Of a DNA stretch of 64,000 bases, positions 9,504 through 19,536 are shown piece by piece. The stretch covers positions 866 to 64,865 of the forward strand of contig CAZKBE010000001.1 in the NCBI GenBank assembly GCA_964551115.1, given 5' to 3'. The number at the start of each line of letters is the position of its first letter. The stretch's first letter is position 1. This stretch comes from Candidatus Woesearchaeota archaeon. Its GTDB lineage: Archaea > Nanobdellota > Nanobdellia > Pacearchaeales > GW2011-AR1. The notes below the pieces were generated by a model that did not search any database, had not been told where the DNA came from, and saw only the letters and a list, made by a program, of their open reading frames with translations. A program made the position numbers and the translations under genes.

Positions 9504-10124
9504 ATGTTAAAGAAAAAATGTTCTAGTTGTAGTAAAAAAATTGAGAGAAAATTTAAGTTTTGTCCTTGGTGTGGTACGCCTACAAAAAAGGTTAAACAAG
9601 AAGATTATGGAATGTTGGGCTTAAATGATGAGGTTTTGAGTGAGGAAACTGTTAATCCTCTTTCTCTATTTGGGGGGTCTTTGGGTAATATTTTTAATCA
9701 ATTAACTAAACAACTCTCTAAGGAATTGCAAAATATGGATATGGCCGACTCTACTAAGCCACGTGGTATCGAGATAAGGTTTTCTACCGGAAAGCCTGTA
9801 CAGAGAGTTATGAAACAAGGTATTTCGAACACTACCAGTGTAGAAGAAATTCCTATCGATTCAGCGGAACTGGAGCGGAGGAAAAAGCTGCCACTTGTTG
9901 TTGCAGTTTCTAATGTTAGGAGGCTTCCAGAGGGCATAATTTATGAAATAGACACTCCAGGCGTTAAATCTAAACAAGATGTTTCTATTCTTAGGATGGA
10001 AAATGGTATTGAGCTAAGGGCTTTTTCGGCAGATAAATGTTATATTAAGACTATTCCTTTAAAGGTGGACATAGTAAAGTATGTAGTAAGGGATGATAAA
10101 GTTATTATTCAGATAAAAAACTAG
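9504..10124 (+). CDS. Zinc-ribbon protein with C-terminal Hsp20/alpha-crystallin-like domain
   Basis: CSSC..FKFCPWCG; C-terminal IYEIDTPGVKSKQDVSI...IELRA...YIKTIPL. Confidence 0.7.
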   Translation: MLKKKCSSCSKKIERKFKFCPWCGTPTKKVKQEDYGMLGLNDEVLSEETVNPLSLFGGSLGNIFNQLTKQLSKELQNMDMADSTKPRGIEIRFSTGKPVQRVMKQGISNTTSVEEIPIDSAELERRKKLPLVVAVSNVRRLPEGIIYEIDTPGVKSKQDVSILRMENGIELRAFSADKCYIKTIPLKVDIVKYVVRDDKVIIQIKN

Positions 10125-10167
10125 ATACTAAACTTTTATAAATGGATTTTTCATGAGAATTTTATAT

Positions 10168-10241
10168 GAGGCTATGGCGCAGCCCGGTAGCGCACCGCTC
10201 TGATAAGGCGGGGGTCCCAGGTTCAAATCCTGGTAGCCTCA
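10168..10241 (+). tRNA. tRNA-Ile(GAT)
   Basis: GAGGCTA/TAGCCTC acceptor, CCGCT-CTGATAA-GGCGG anticodon arm, GGTTCAAATCC. Confidence 0.95.
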
Positions 10242-10336
10242 TTTTTCTTTAGTGTTTTTGAAGATTTTTTAGATAAATTCACAACTGTTTAAACTAAGGG
10301 CGCTAATTTAAAAACCCTCTAAATTATATTTTATTT

Positions 10337-11479
10337 ATGGAATGTTTGGTGATAAATGCAGGTTCAAGTTCTGTAAAATTTCAACTTTTTCAAGATCAAG
10401 AAACAATTTTATCTGGCCTATGTGAAGAAATTGGAAGTTCAACTTCCAAGATAAAATTGAAAGAAAATGGTGTAAAGAGTGAGTTTAATTTGCATTTGAA
10501 AAATCACAAACAAGCCTTTCAACATATTATCCAGATTTTGAAAGAAAGAGATTTATTGAAGAATTTAAAAAAGGTAGTTCATAGGGTTGTCCACGGCGGG
10601 GAAAAATTCAAAAAACCAACTAGAATTGATAAAAAGAATTTGGCCTTGCTTAGGGATTTGATTCCTCTTGCTCCTTTGCACAATCCGGCAAATATTGAAG
10701 GTATTGAAATTATGTCTGATCTTCTTAAGAAAGTTCCTCAAATTGCAGTTTTTGATACCTCCTTTCATGCAACTATGTTTGAGGAAGCATATCTCTATGG
10801 TTTACCTTATTCTTGGTATACTGAACATGGTGTTAGAAGATATGGGTTTCATGGCTCTTCTCATGAATATGTTTCTAAAGAGGCTATAAAACTTTTAGGT
10901 AAGTCACATTCCAAAATAATTACTTGCCATTTGGGAAATGGTGCAAGTGTTTGTGCTGTAAAAAATGGAAAATCTATTGATACTTCTATGGGTATGACTC
11001 CTCTAGAAGGAGTTATTATGGGTACTCGTTCAGGTTCTATAGATCCTGGAATTATTTTTCATATGTTACATCAAAAAAAAATTTCATCTAAGGAGCTTGA
11101 AAGAATCTTAAATAAAGAGTCCGGATTAAAAGGTATTAGTGAGTTGACAAGCGATATGCGTCCATTAGAGGAAAACATGGTTTCTTGCAGCAAATCTGGA
11201 AGAGCTATGAAAGTATATTTATACAATCTTCTCAAGATTGTTGGCTCCTATATTGCTGTTTTAAACGGTATCGATGCAATTGTCTTTACTGGAGGGGCCG
11301 GGGAAAAAAGTGCCGTGGTTCGAGAGTATATTGCAAAAAATCTTGATTTTTTAGAAATTAAATTGGATAATGAAAAAAATAAGAAAAACTCTCTTGAAAT
11401 AACTTCTAAATCTTCCAAAGTTAAGATTTTTGTTATTCCTACAAACGAGGAATTGCAGATGATTAGAAATACTTCTTGA
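10337..11479 (+). CDS. ackA: Acetate kinase
   Basis: VINAGSSSVK, HRVVHGG, LAPLHNPAN, AVFDTSFH, RRYGFHGSSH, CHLGNGAS, MGTRSG, IPTNEE. Confidence 0.97.
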   Translation: MECLVINAGSSSVKFQLFQDQETILSGLCEEIGSSTSKIKLKENGVKSEFNLHLKNHKQAFQHIIQILKERDLLKNLKKVVHRVVHGGEKFKKPTRIDKKNLALLRDLIPLAPLHNPANIEGIEIMSDLLKKVPQIAVFDTSFHATMFEEAYLYGLPYSWYTEHGVRRYGFHGSSHEYVSKEAIKLLGKSHSKIITCHLGNGASVCAVKNGKSIDTSMGMTPLEGVIMGTRSGSIDPGIIFHMLHQKKISSKELERILNKESGLKGISELTSDMRPLEENMVSCSKSGRAMKVYLYNLLKIVGSYIAVLNGIDAIVFTGGAGEKSAVVREYIAKNLDFLEIKLDNEKNKKNSLEITSKSSKVKIFVIPTNEELQMIRNTS

Positions 11480-11614
11480 ATATTCTCTAAATCTTCTTGA
11501 TTTCTTATTCATGTAAAGATTCGATAATCTTTTAAATACTTAATTTTTATTAGATTTAGGTGATTGATTAGTTAAGAACTGGCAAGGAATCGCCTTAGAA
11601 TTCTTAAAACAAAA

Positions 11615-11920
11615 ATGGAAAATTATAGGCCCAGACTATTGTTTACTGAAAAAGGAAGCCCTAGGGGCATTCAAGGGGATTATTTGATCGAGGGCCATTT
11701 GGACATGGGTGGCAGTCAAATTTTAGTTGGACCTTATTCAAGAACTGAATCTTTTGATGATCGGTTTAGGGTAGCTGAAAATCTTGCTATAAAAATAAGA
11801 AAAGAGGGGATAGACGCATTAATTTTAATAAATGAACAGTTACAGCGAGCTGCCTTTATCGGAGATATTGCTACTGAACTGCGAAGAAAAGGTTTCAAAA
11901 TAGAGGTACAAGAAAAATGA
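11615..11920 (+). CDS. Hypothetical protein (ORFan)
   Basis: 101 aa; stop overlaps the next start (ATGA). Confidence 0.6.
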   Translation: MENYRPRLLFTEKGSPRGIQGDYLIEGHLDMGGSQILVGPYSRTESFDDRFRVAENLAIKIRKEGIDALILINEQLQRAAFIGDIATELRRKGFKIEVQEK

Positions 11921-12192
11921 GTGTAGAATATTATCTTGTTGACAAAACTTCTTTGGATAGTAAATGGGGTAATTATGATTTGGTAAGGGAGTCTTCTAAT
12001 GGTCAAAAAAGGGTTTTAACTAGTTTTATTACTATTTCTAATCCTAGGGGCTATCGAATTTCGGAATCCAATGAGAGAGGAGTTAAATTTTTAGCACAGG
12101 TTAAACCTTCTGAAAGAGATTCCAAACTAGAAGAATTAGCAAAAAATATATCGATTAATGATTTTTTGGAGGGATTAGAATGTCAGAATTAA
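11917..12192 (+). CDS. Hypothetical protein (ORFan)
   Basis: 91 aa; overlaps both neighbours. Confidence 0.6.
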   Translation: MSVEYYLVDKTSLDSKWGNYDLVRESSNGQKRVLTSFITISNPRGYRISESNERGVKFLAQVKPSERDSKLEELAKNISINDFLEGLECQN

Positions 12193-12425
12193 ATTTAGAT
12201 AGTATTGTTCTACCTCCAAAATTAAAGATATTAGAAATAGGTTTACTTATGCAATTAGACTCTTCAACGCCTACCCTTTCGGTTGTTTCTAGAAATAAAA
12301 TCTTACCCTATAAAAGAGAATTAGGTCGATGCGGTTATATGGTAGGACTTTATACTTTTCCTGATCGAGGAGAATCCTACGGAAGATATATATTGGAGGT
12401 AAGAAAAGATGCCCATAGATCTTAG
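12180..12425 (+). CDS. Hypothetical protein (ORFan)
   Basis: 81 aa; GGAGG upstream; overlaps the aminopeptidase start. Confidence 0.6.
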   Translation: MSELNLDSIVLPPKLKILEIGLLMQLDSSTPTLSVVSRNKILPYKRELGRCGYMVGLYTFPDRGESYGRYILEVRKDAHRS

Positions 12426-13488
12426 AACTCGTAAACTGGCACAGCTTGCAGTAAGAAAGTGTATAAATGCAAAACCTGGACATAAAATAATACTCTCTGG
12501 AGGAAGCGAAGCAATCCCCTTTTTGGTTGAATTGTATAAGGAGGTTATATTACAGAAAGCTACACCTATTGTTAAGGTTAGTTTACCCGATGTAAATGAT
12601 TTTTTCTATAAACATGCAACTAAAGATCAATTAGAGGAATTTCCGGATTATTGGTTTGATACGATTAAACAAGCACAAGGGTTTATTGGGGTTGATACGG
12701 AGATAAACTCTAGAGAACTTTCCAATTGTGATTCTAAAAAAATGTCTATTCGGGGGAAAGTTACCCATAAAATCTCCAATTATGTTTGTAATGAAAGAAC
12801 CAAAATAAAAAGAACAACGATTGCTTATCCTTGTTTGGCTTTGGCTCAAGATGCTGAAATGTCTTTAACAGAATATGAAAATTTTGTTTATGGTGCTACT
12901 ATAGGAGTTGATTGGAAAAAGATAGACCTCTTGATGAAAAAAGTTTTATCTAAATTTAAAGAGGGTTCAAAAGTTCATTTAATTGGGGAAGGAATTGATT
13001 TGAGATTTAATGTGCATGGGGGAAAAGCAATTTCAGATATTGATTTTGATAATATGCCTGCAGGTGAAGTTTTTATGGCTCCTATTAGGGAAAGCGTGAA
13101 TGGTTTTGTTAAATTTGATTACCCTTCTGTAAGAAACGGCAAAGAAGTTACAGATATATCGCTAAGATTTGAAGATGGGAAAGCGGTTGAAATAAAGTCA
13201 ACTAAAAATGAAGATTTTTTGAAAGAGATGTTAGCTGTAGATTCAAATGCCTCTTTTATTGGAGAATTTGGAATCGGAATGAATCCAAAGGTTACTAAAT
13301 ATACAAATAATCTTCTATTTGATGAAAAGATGGGTGGAACAATTCATCTAGCAATGGGAATGGCCTATAAGGACAATGGGGGAGGAAATGATTCTTCATT
13401 GCATTGGGATTTGGTTAAGTCTATGGGGAAGGCGAAGATTGTTGTCGATGGAAAAGTTATTCAGGAGAATGGGGCTTGGAAGCTTTAA
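12409..13488 (+). CDS. Aminopeptidase, peptidase M29 (AmpS/AmpT)
   Basis: NMPAGEVFMAP, IGEFGIG, LFDEKMGGTIHLAMG, NDSSLHWD; GGAGGT RBS. Confidence 0.93.
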   Translation: MPIDLRTRKLAQLAVRKCINAKPGHKIILSGGSEAIPFLVELYKEVILQKATPIVKVSLPDVNDFFYKHATKDQLEEFPDYWFDTIKQAQGFIGVDTEINSRELSNCDSKKMSIRGKVTHKISNYVCNERTKIKRTTIAYPCLALAQDAEMSLTEYENFVYGATIGVDWKKIDLLMKKVLSKFKEGSKVHLIGEGIDLRFNVHGGKAISDIDFDNMPAGEVFMAPIRESVNGFVKFDYPSVRNGKEVTDISLRFEDGKAVEIKSTKNEDFLKEMLAVDSNASFIGEFGIGMNPKVTKYTNNLLFDEKMGGTIHLAMGMAYKDNGGGNDSSLHWDLVKSMGKAKIVVDGKVIQENGAWKL

Positions 13489-13565
13489 TTCTTCTATTTT
13501 TATTCTAAACATGGACGAATTTTATAGTACAAATTCTTAAAAACCCCTTATTTCTATAGGGATTG

Positions 13566-16400
13566 ATGGTAGAAAAACAAAAAACAATTAATGATAAAGA
13601 ACTTGAGATTCTAGATTTTTGGGATCAAGATAAGACTTTTGAAAAATCTTTGAAAAAGACAGAAAAAGGTAAACCTTATATTTTTTATGATGGGCCTCCT
13701 TTTGCAACAGGGTTACCTCACTATGGGCATCTGCTTGGGTCTATAACTAAAGATGTTTATGGAAGATTTTGGACTATGAATGGTCGATATGTGCGAAGAG
13801 TTTGGGGTTGGGATTGTCATGGGTTACCTATTGAAAATATTGCGGAAAAGGGGTTGGGTATAAATTCTAAGGATGAGATTGAAAAGATGGGTATTAAGAA
13901 ATTTAATGAATACTGTCGAAATAAGGTCTTAGGATATTCCGCGGATTGGCAAAAGATTATACGTAGAATCGGAAGATGGGTAGATATGAAAAATTGTTAT
14001 AAAACTATGGATAATAATTATATTGAATCTGTTTGGTGGGCCTTTAAGCAGTTATATAACAAGGGATATATCTACGAAGGTGAGAAAATTTTGATGTATT
14101 GCCCTCGTTGTTCTACTCCCTTAGCTAAGGCTGAAGTAGCTATGGATAATTCTTATAAAGTTGTAAAAGACGAGACTGTTGTGGTTAAATTTAAATTAAA
14201 AACTAAAGGGGTTTATGCTCTCGCATGGACAACAACTCCTTGGACATTGCCTTCAAATCTGGCTTTGGCAGTTAATTCTGGATTAATTTATAGTTATTTA
14301 AAGGACAAGTCTGATGGGACGGTTTATTTGTTGGCAAAAAGTTTGATTCCTAAATTTTTCAAGTCTGAAGAAGAATATGAGATTCAAGAAGAATTATATG
14401 GCAGGGATTTAGAGAATTTAGAATATGAACCTTTATTTCCCTATTTTGAAAAGACAGAGAATGCTTTTAAGATAATTTTGGGGGATTTTGTTACAGCTGA
14501 AGATGGTACTGGGATAGTTCATACTGCTCCTGCTTTTGGAGAAGAGGATTATAATGTTTGTAGGAAGTACAAAATTCCTATGGTTCAACCAGTAGATGCA
14601 AAAGGAAATTTCACCAAGGAGGTTGTAGACTTTGCAGGGAAATATGTACATGATACAAATACAGAAATTATAATCTTTTTAAAAAAACAGGGCAAAGTAA
14701 TTTCTATAAAGAAAATGGATCACGAATATCCATTTTGTTATAGATGTGATACTAAATTAATTTATAGAGCAATTCCTGCATGGTTTGTAGATATTCAAAA
14801 AATAAAACCTAAAGTTTTAGAATTGAATCAAAAATTAAATTGGTATCCTGGTTTTTTGAAGGATGGTAGAGTGAAATACACCATAGAAACAGCCCCCGAT
14901 TGGAACATTTCAAGAAATAGATATTGGGCAACAGCAATGCCAATTTGGAAGTCTAAAGACGGAGAACTTTTAGTAATCGGAAGCGTAGAGGAGTTAAAGA
15001 ATTATGCCAAGAATCTTTCTATGAAAGAAATAGATTTACATAAAGATTTTTTAGATGAAATTATTCTAGAAAAAGATGGAAAAGAATTTAGAAGAGTTCC
15101 TGAAGTTCTTGATTGTTGGTTTGAATCAGGTAGTATGACTTTTGCCCAATTTCATTATCCTTTTGAAAACAAAGAATTTTTTGAGAAGAATTTTCCTGCA
15201 CAATTTGTTGCAGAATATATTGCTCAGGTAAGAACATGGTTTTACTATATGAATGTTCTTTCAGCAATATTATTTGAAGATATTCCTTTTGAGAATATAG
15301 TTACTACAGGTACAGTCCTTGCTGAAGATGGTCAAAAAATGTCTAAAAGTAAAAATAACTTTCCAGATCCTTCAATATTAATTGAAAAATATGGTGTGGA
15401 TGCTATGAGATTTTTCCTTATGTCTAATCAGGTAATGAATGCAGAGGATATAAGTTTTTCTGATAAATTTGTGGAAGAAACATATAAAAAAGTTTTAGTT
15501 CTGCTTCATAACGTTATGAACTTTAATATAATATACAAAGATATCCCTTTAAAGGATAAATTAGACTCTAAAAATCTCTTAGATAAATGGATTATATCTA
15601 GAGTAAATGCATTAGTAAAAGATGTTCAAAAAGATTATGAAAATTATAACACTATTTCTGCTTGCGATAAAATAAAAACTTTTATTGAAGACTTATCTAC
15701 ATGGTATGTTCGTAGAAATAGAGATAGATTTAATGAAGGAGATTTGGATGCGAAGACAACCCTTAACTTTGTTTTAGAAAATACTGCAAAGATTATTGCT
15801 CCGATTATGCCTTTTAGTGCAGAAATGATTTTTAGATCCTTGGGGAAAACTGACTCGGTTCATTTAGCAAATTGGCCTTCTTACTTAGAAAAGAATATAG
15901 ATAGTAATTTGGAGCGTCAAATGCAACTAACAAGAAATATTGTTTCTCTTGCTTTAAAAGAAAGAGATATTGCTCAACTTCCATTAAAGCAGCCTCTTTT
16001 AGAATTGTCTATTTTTTCTCCTACACTTGATAAGAAATTTACAGAAATAATTGCTGAAGAAACAAATGTGAAAAAAGTTTCATTAGAAAAATCTGATGAA
16101 ATCTCGGTAATATTAAATAAAAAAATAACTCCGGAACTTGAAGATGAAGGTATTGCAAGGGAGCTAATAAGAACAATTCAGGCTATGAGAAAAAAGAATA
16201 ATCTTGTTAAGGAAGATCGTATAAAGATTAATTTAAACATAGACTATTTAAGAAAAGAACAAGTATTTGGTTTTATTGAAAAGGAAAAACAAAGGATTGG
16301 TGCTGAGGATATTTCATTTAGTGTAAGTGAAAAATTAGCTTTTATTGAGGAGGGTTTGGTAAGGGATAAATCTTTTTCTATATCTTTTTCAAAAATTTAG
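13566..16400 (+). CDS. ileS: Isoleucine--tRNA ligase (type 2)
   Basis: FYDGPPFATGLPHYGH, GWDCHGLP, WTTTPWTLP, GTGIVH, DWNISRNRYW, KMSKS. Confidence 0.98.
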   Translation: MVEKQKTINDKELEILDFWDQDKTFEKSLKKTEKGKPYIFYDGPPFATGLPHYGHLLGSITKDVYGRFWTMNGRYVRRVWGWDCHGLPIENIAEKGLGINSKDEIEKMGIKKFNEYCRNKVLGYSADWQKIIRRIGRWVDMKNCYKTMDNNYIESVWWAFKQLYNKGYIYEGEKILMYCPRCSTPLAKAEVAMDNSYKVVKDETVVVKFKLKTKGVYALAWTTTPWTLPSNLALAVNSGLIYSYLKDKSDGTVYLLAKSLIPKFFKSEEEYEIQEELYGRDLENLEYEPLFPYFEKTENAFKIILGDFVTAEDGTGIVHTAPAFGEEDYNVCRKYKIPMVQPVDAKGNFTKEVVDFAGKYVHDTNTEIIIFLKKQGKVISIKKMDHEYPFCYRCDTKLIYRAIPAWFVDIQKIKPKVLELNQKLNWYPGFLKDGRVKYTIETAPDWNISRNRYWATAMPIWKSKDGELLVIGSVEELKNYAKNLSMKEIDLHKDFLDEIILEKDGKEFRRVPEVLDCWFESGSMTFAQFHYPFENKEFFEKNFPAQFVAEYIAQVRTWFYYMNVLSAILFEDIPFENIVTTGTVLAEDGQKMSKSKNNFPDPSILIEKYGVDAMRFFLMSNQVMNAEDISFSDKFVEETYKKVLVLLHNVMNFNIIYKDIPLKDKLDSKNLLDKWIISRVNALVKDVQKDYENYNTISACDKIKTFIEDLSTWYVRRNRDRFNEGDLDAKTTLNFVLENTAKIIAPIMPFSAEMIFRSLGKTDSVHLANWPSYLEKNIDSNLERQMQLTRNIVSLALKERDIAQLPLKQPLLELSIFSPTLDKKFTEIIAEETNVKKVSLEKSDEISVILNKKITPELEDEGIARELIRTIQAMRKKNNLVKEDRIKINLNIDYLRKEQVFGFIEKEKQRIGAEDISFSVSEKLAFIEEGLVRDKSFSISFSKI

Positions 16401-16466
16401 TTTTTACCCCTATAGGTTGAGAAAATTTACAGAAAGATTTAAATACTCCTTATGTATAAAAATATT

Positions 16467-17270
16467 ATGATTGTCAAAGAGGAATTTTTGGGAAGACTAA
16501 GAAAGATATTTGATTTAAATCTTTATGAAGTTAAAGTTTGGGCTGCTTTGCTTTCGAGAAGACAATCTACAGCAGGCGAGCTTTCTTCTATTAGTGATGT
16601 TCCTCGTTCTAGGACTTATGATATTCTTGAAAGTTTAGAAAAGAAGGGATTTATTATCATGAAACTTGGTAAACCTATTAAATTTGTGGCATTAAAACCT
16701 GAAGAGGTTATAGAGAGGGTTAAAAAGAATTTGATTGTGGATGCAACGGAGAAATCTAAGAGATTAGAAAAACTTAAGGGAGAAGATGTTTTAGAGGAAC
16801 TTAATGGTTTGTTTACTGAAGGAGTAAAGTTTGTGGACTCTACTGATTTATCGGGTTCTATTAAAGGAAGGCAAAATCTATACAATCATTTAGATATGCT
16901 TGTTAGAAATGCAGAGAGTTCTATAACTTTTGTTACAACTTCTGAAGGTTTAACTAGAAAAATAGAGGTACTCTTACCTTCTCTAGAGAGAGCTAAGAAA
17001 AGGGGAGTTTCTATAAGGGTTGCTGCTCCCATAACTGAGGCAAATAAGAAAATAGCAAAGGAGCTTCAAAAAGTAGCAGAAGTTAAGGATTGTCAGAATT
17101 TAAAAGCAAGGTTTGTCGTTATCGATTCAAAGGAATTAATGTTTATGGTCTTAGATGATGATAAAACTCATCCTAGTTATGATGTCGGTATATGGATAAA
17201 TACAGAATTTTTTGCAAAAGCTTTAGAGGATTTGTTTAATGTTGCCTGGAATAGTTTTAAGAAAGTTTAA
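16467..17270 (+). CDS. TrmB-family regulator / chromatin protein (paralogue 1)
   Basis: FDLNLYEVKVW...VPRSRTYDILESLEKKG wHTH plus C-terminal effector domain; start chosen 29 nt after TTTAAATA. Confidence 0.9.
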   Translation: MIVKEEFLGRLRKIFDLNLYEVKVWAALLSRRQSTAGELSSISDVPRSRTYDILESLEKKGFIIMKLGKPIKFVALKPEEVIERVKKNLIVDATEKSKRLEKLKGEDVLEELNGLFTEGVKFVDSTDLSGSIKGRQNLYNHLDMLVRNAESSITFVTTSEGLTRKIEVLLPSLERAKKRGVSIRVAAPITEANKKIAKELQKVAEVKDCQNLKARFVVIDSKELMFMVLDDDKTHPSYDVGIWINTEFFAKALEDLFNVAWNSFKKV

Positions 17271-17340
17271 TTTTTTAGCTTGATCTTTTTAGAGATAATC
17301 TTTATTTGTTCTATTTATACTTTTTTATAATTCTATTAAA

Positions 17341-18606
17341 TTATTCTTTTTTGATTTCTTTAAATCCCGTATACTTCCAAAGAACTTTTGGAATTTTTAT
17401 AGTTCCATCTTTTTGTTGATTATTTTCAATTAAAGAAATCATCAGCCTCGGTAGTGCTATTCCAGATCCATTTAATGTATGAACAAATTTAAGTGTACCA
17501 TCTTTTGCTTGATATCTAGTATTCATTCTTCTTGCTTGAAAATCTGTACAATTGGAGCACGAAGAGCATTCAAGATATCTATTCATTGAAGGACTCCATA
17601 CTTCTAGGTCGTAAGTCTTTGCAGATGCAAATCCTGCATCTTGAGTGGATAATAATAATCTTCGAAACGGTAATTCTAATTCGTCTAATATTTTCTCAGC
17701 ATAGGCAGTCATTTCTTCGTGAAATTTCCAAGATTCTTCTTGAGTGCAAATATAAACCATCTCTACTTTTTCAAATTCGTGTAATCTAAAAAGTCCTTCT
17801 TCTCCGGCTTTTCTGCCTGCTTCTGTCCTATAGCATTGGGTAAATGCACAAAACTTTTTTGGTAGGTCTTTTTCAACTAATGTTTCTTCAGAGTAAATAT
17901 TTGTTACAGGTACTTCTGCTGTTGGAACCATAATTAGTTCATCATTTGTTTTGTAGAGCTGATCCTCAAATTTTGGTAAGTTACCTGTACCAAAAGCTGC
18001 ATTACGATTGACCATTTGGGGAGGATTTATTTCGGTGAAACCGTTATTTTCGTGGAAATCTAACATAAATTGTACAAGAGCTCTCTGTAATTTCGCAGCT
18101 TTTCCTAGCAATATGTAAAATCCAGCTCCAGATATCTTTGTGGCTCTTTTCATATCTATTAATCCGAAATTTTCTAGAAGTTCTAAGTGTCCTATTGGTT
18201 TTTTTATTTCTGGAATTTTTCCTTTTTTATAAACTTCTTTATTATGTGATTCATCTCCTATAGGGGCATCGGAACTTTGAATATTTGGAAGTTTAGAAAT
18301 CACTTCATCGATTTCTTTTTTTAGGGTATCTTCATTTTCTTCATTTTCTTTTAGCTGCTTAGAAATTTCTTTACCTCTCAATATAGATTTTTCTGCTAAT
18401 TTTTCTTTTTTTTCTTTTTTTGATAGATTTATAGATTCTGATACTTTATTTCTTTCACATCTTAAGTCATCATCTTGCTTTTTTAATTTTCTCCATTTTT
18501 CGTCGAGCAATAGAAAATTCTCAACTAATGAGACTTCGTAACCCCTATTAGCTGTATTCTTTTTAACCAATTCTGGATTTTCTCGCATCAATTTTACATC
18601 TATCAT
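17341..18606 (-). CDS. serS: Serine--tRNA ligase
   Basis: GTGNLPKF, PTAEVP, CYRTEAG..GLFRLHEFEKVE, ECSSCSNCTDFQARR, HTLNGSG. Confidence 0.98.
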   Translation of the reverse strand: MIDVKLMRENPELVKKNTANRGYEVSLVENFLLLDEKWRKLKKQDDDLRCERNKVSESINLSKKEKKEKLAEKSILRGKEISKQLKENEENEDTLKKEIDEVISKLPNIQSSDAPIGDESHNKEVYKKGKIPEIKKPIGHLELLENFGLIDMKRATKISGAGFYILLGKAAKLQRALVQFMLDFHENNGFTEINPPQMVNRNAAFGTGNLPKFEDQLYKTNDELIMVPTAEVPVTNIYSEETLVEKDLPKKFCAFTQCYRTEAGRKAGEEGLFRLHEFEKVEMVYICTQEESWKFHEEMTAYAEKILDELELPFRRLLLSTQDAGFASAKTYDLEVWSPSMNRYLECSSCSNCTDFQARRMNTRYQAKDGTLKFVHTLNGSGIALPRLMISLIENNQQKDGTIKIPKVLWKYTGFKEIKKE

Positions 18607-18856
18607 ATTTTACTAACGTTCTGAGCATATTTAAAGTTTTGGTGATAAGGAAGCGAAGATGGTTTAAGGATTAGCTATAAGTATTTCTTTAATTGAAAAG
18701 AGATATTTCGATCTGGAGTTCGTTCTTACTGTTTATATGGTCTATATAATCGACTTAAATAAAATAACTGTATCTACTCTTCATGGACGAAAATGTTAAG
18801 AAAGGTTTAAAAGCGGCGATAAACTGTAAAATATACATTAGAAAATATATATTAAT

Positions 18857-19141
18857 ATGGCAGACAAAAAAATACAGGAAGATAATTTTGAACTTTTCTT
18901 TAGGAGAAAACCAGCAATGATGTTGATTGCTTTAAGAAGGGTGACTAAGGCGAGATATGGCTCTGTTTTAGCTAAAGAAGTTGATTGTACTTATTCTCAT
19001 GCTGTAAAGATATTGCAGATCTTAGAGAAAATTGGTTTAGTTGTTTTTGAAAAGAAAGGTAGGATTAAGATAATCAAATTAACAAAGAAAGGGCATGAAG
19101 TTGCAGGTTTTATTGAATCCATAAAGAATTTGATTGAGTAA
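18857..19141 (+). CDS. Small winged-helix (MarR-like) DNA-binding protein
   Basis: LAKEVDCTYSHAVKIL...GLV..EKKGR..IKLTKKG. Confidence 0.85.
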   Translation: MADKKIQEDNFELFFRRKPAMMLIALRRVTKARYGSVLAKEVDCTYSHAVKILQILEKIGLVVFEKKGRIKIIKLTKKGHEVAGFIESIKNLIE

Positions 19142-19322
19142 TTTGGTCTTCTTTTATAGCTTGGTTTTATTCATTTGCAGGAGATTTAACGGTTAGATAA
19201 TTATCAAAAAACATTAGTTTTTTAAACCAAGGTTTTGTTTGATTACTAATGACTTTGTAGATTTTACAATGGATTGCCTCTGTAAGGAGATTATCTTTTG
19301 TAGATACTACGTTGTTAGAATC

Positions 19323-19397
19323 GGCCCCATAGCTCAGCCCGGTTAGAGTACTGGACTTTTAATCCAGGTGTCGAGGGTTCAAATCCCTCTGGGGTCA
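19323..19397 (+). tRNA. tRNA-Lys(TTT)
   Basis: GGCCCCA/TGGGGTC acceptor, CTGGA-CTTTTAA-TCCAG anticodon arm, GGTTCAAATCC, T-tract downstream. Confidence 0.96.
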
Positions 19398-19536
19398 TTC
19401 TTTTTTTTGAGGGATTTAGAATTTATCTGGGGCGTTTTTTGTTTTTGAGTTTTTTTTAGTTGGCACAATTTATCTTTAGAATCGGAGACATTTCCATGAG
19501 GCAAATATTTATAAACCACTTTTCAAAAGAAATGTT

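Noticed and set aside
7367..10241. tRNA cluster as an integration site for a mobile element
   Set aside because: No integrase and no duplicated tRNA 3' end (att) seen in the window.
11571..11608. Possible hairpin TTAAGAA...TTCTTAA upstream of ORFan 11615
   Set aside because: Weak AT-rich stem with irregular interior; not distinguishable from chance.
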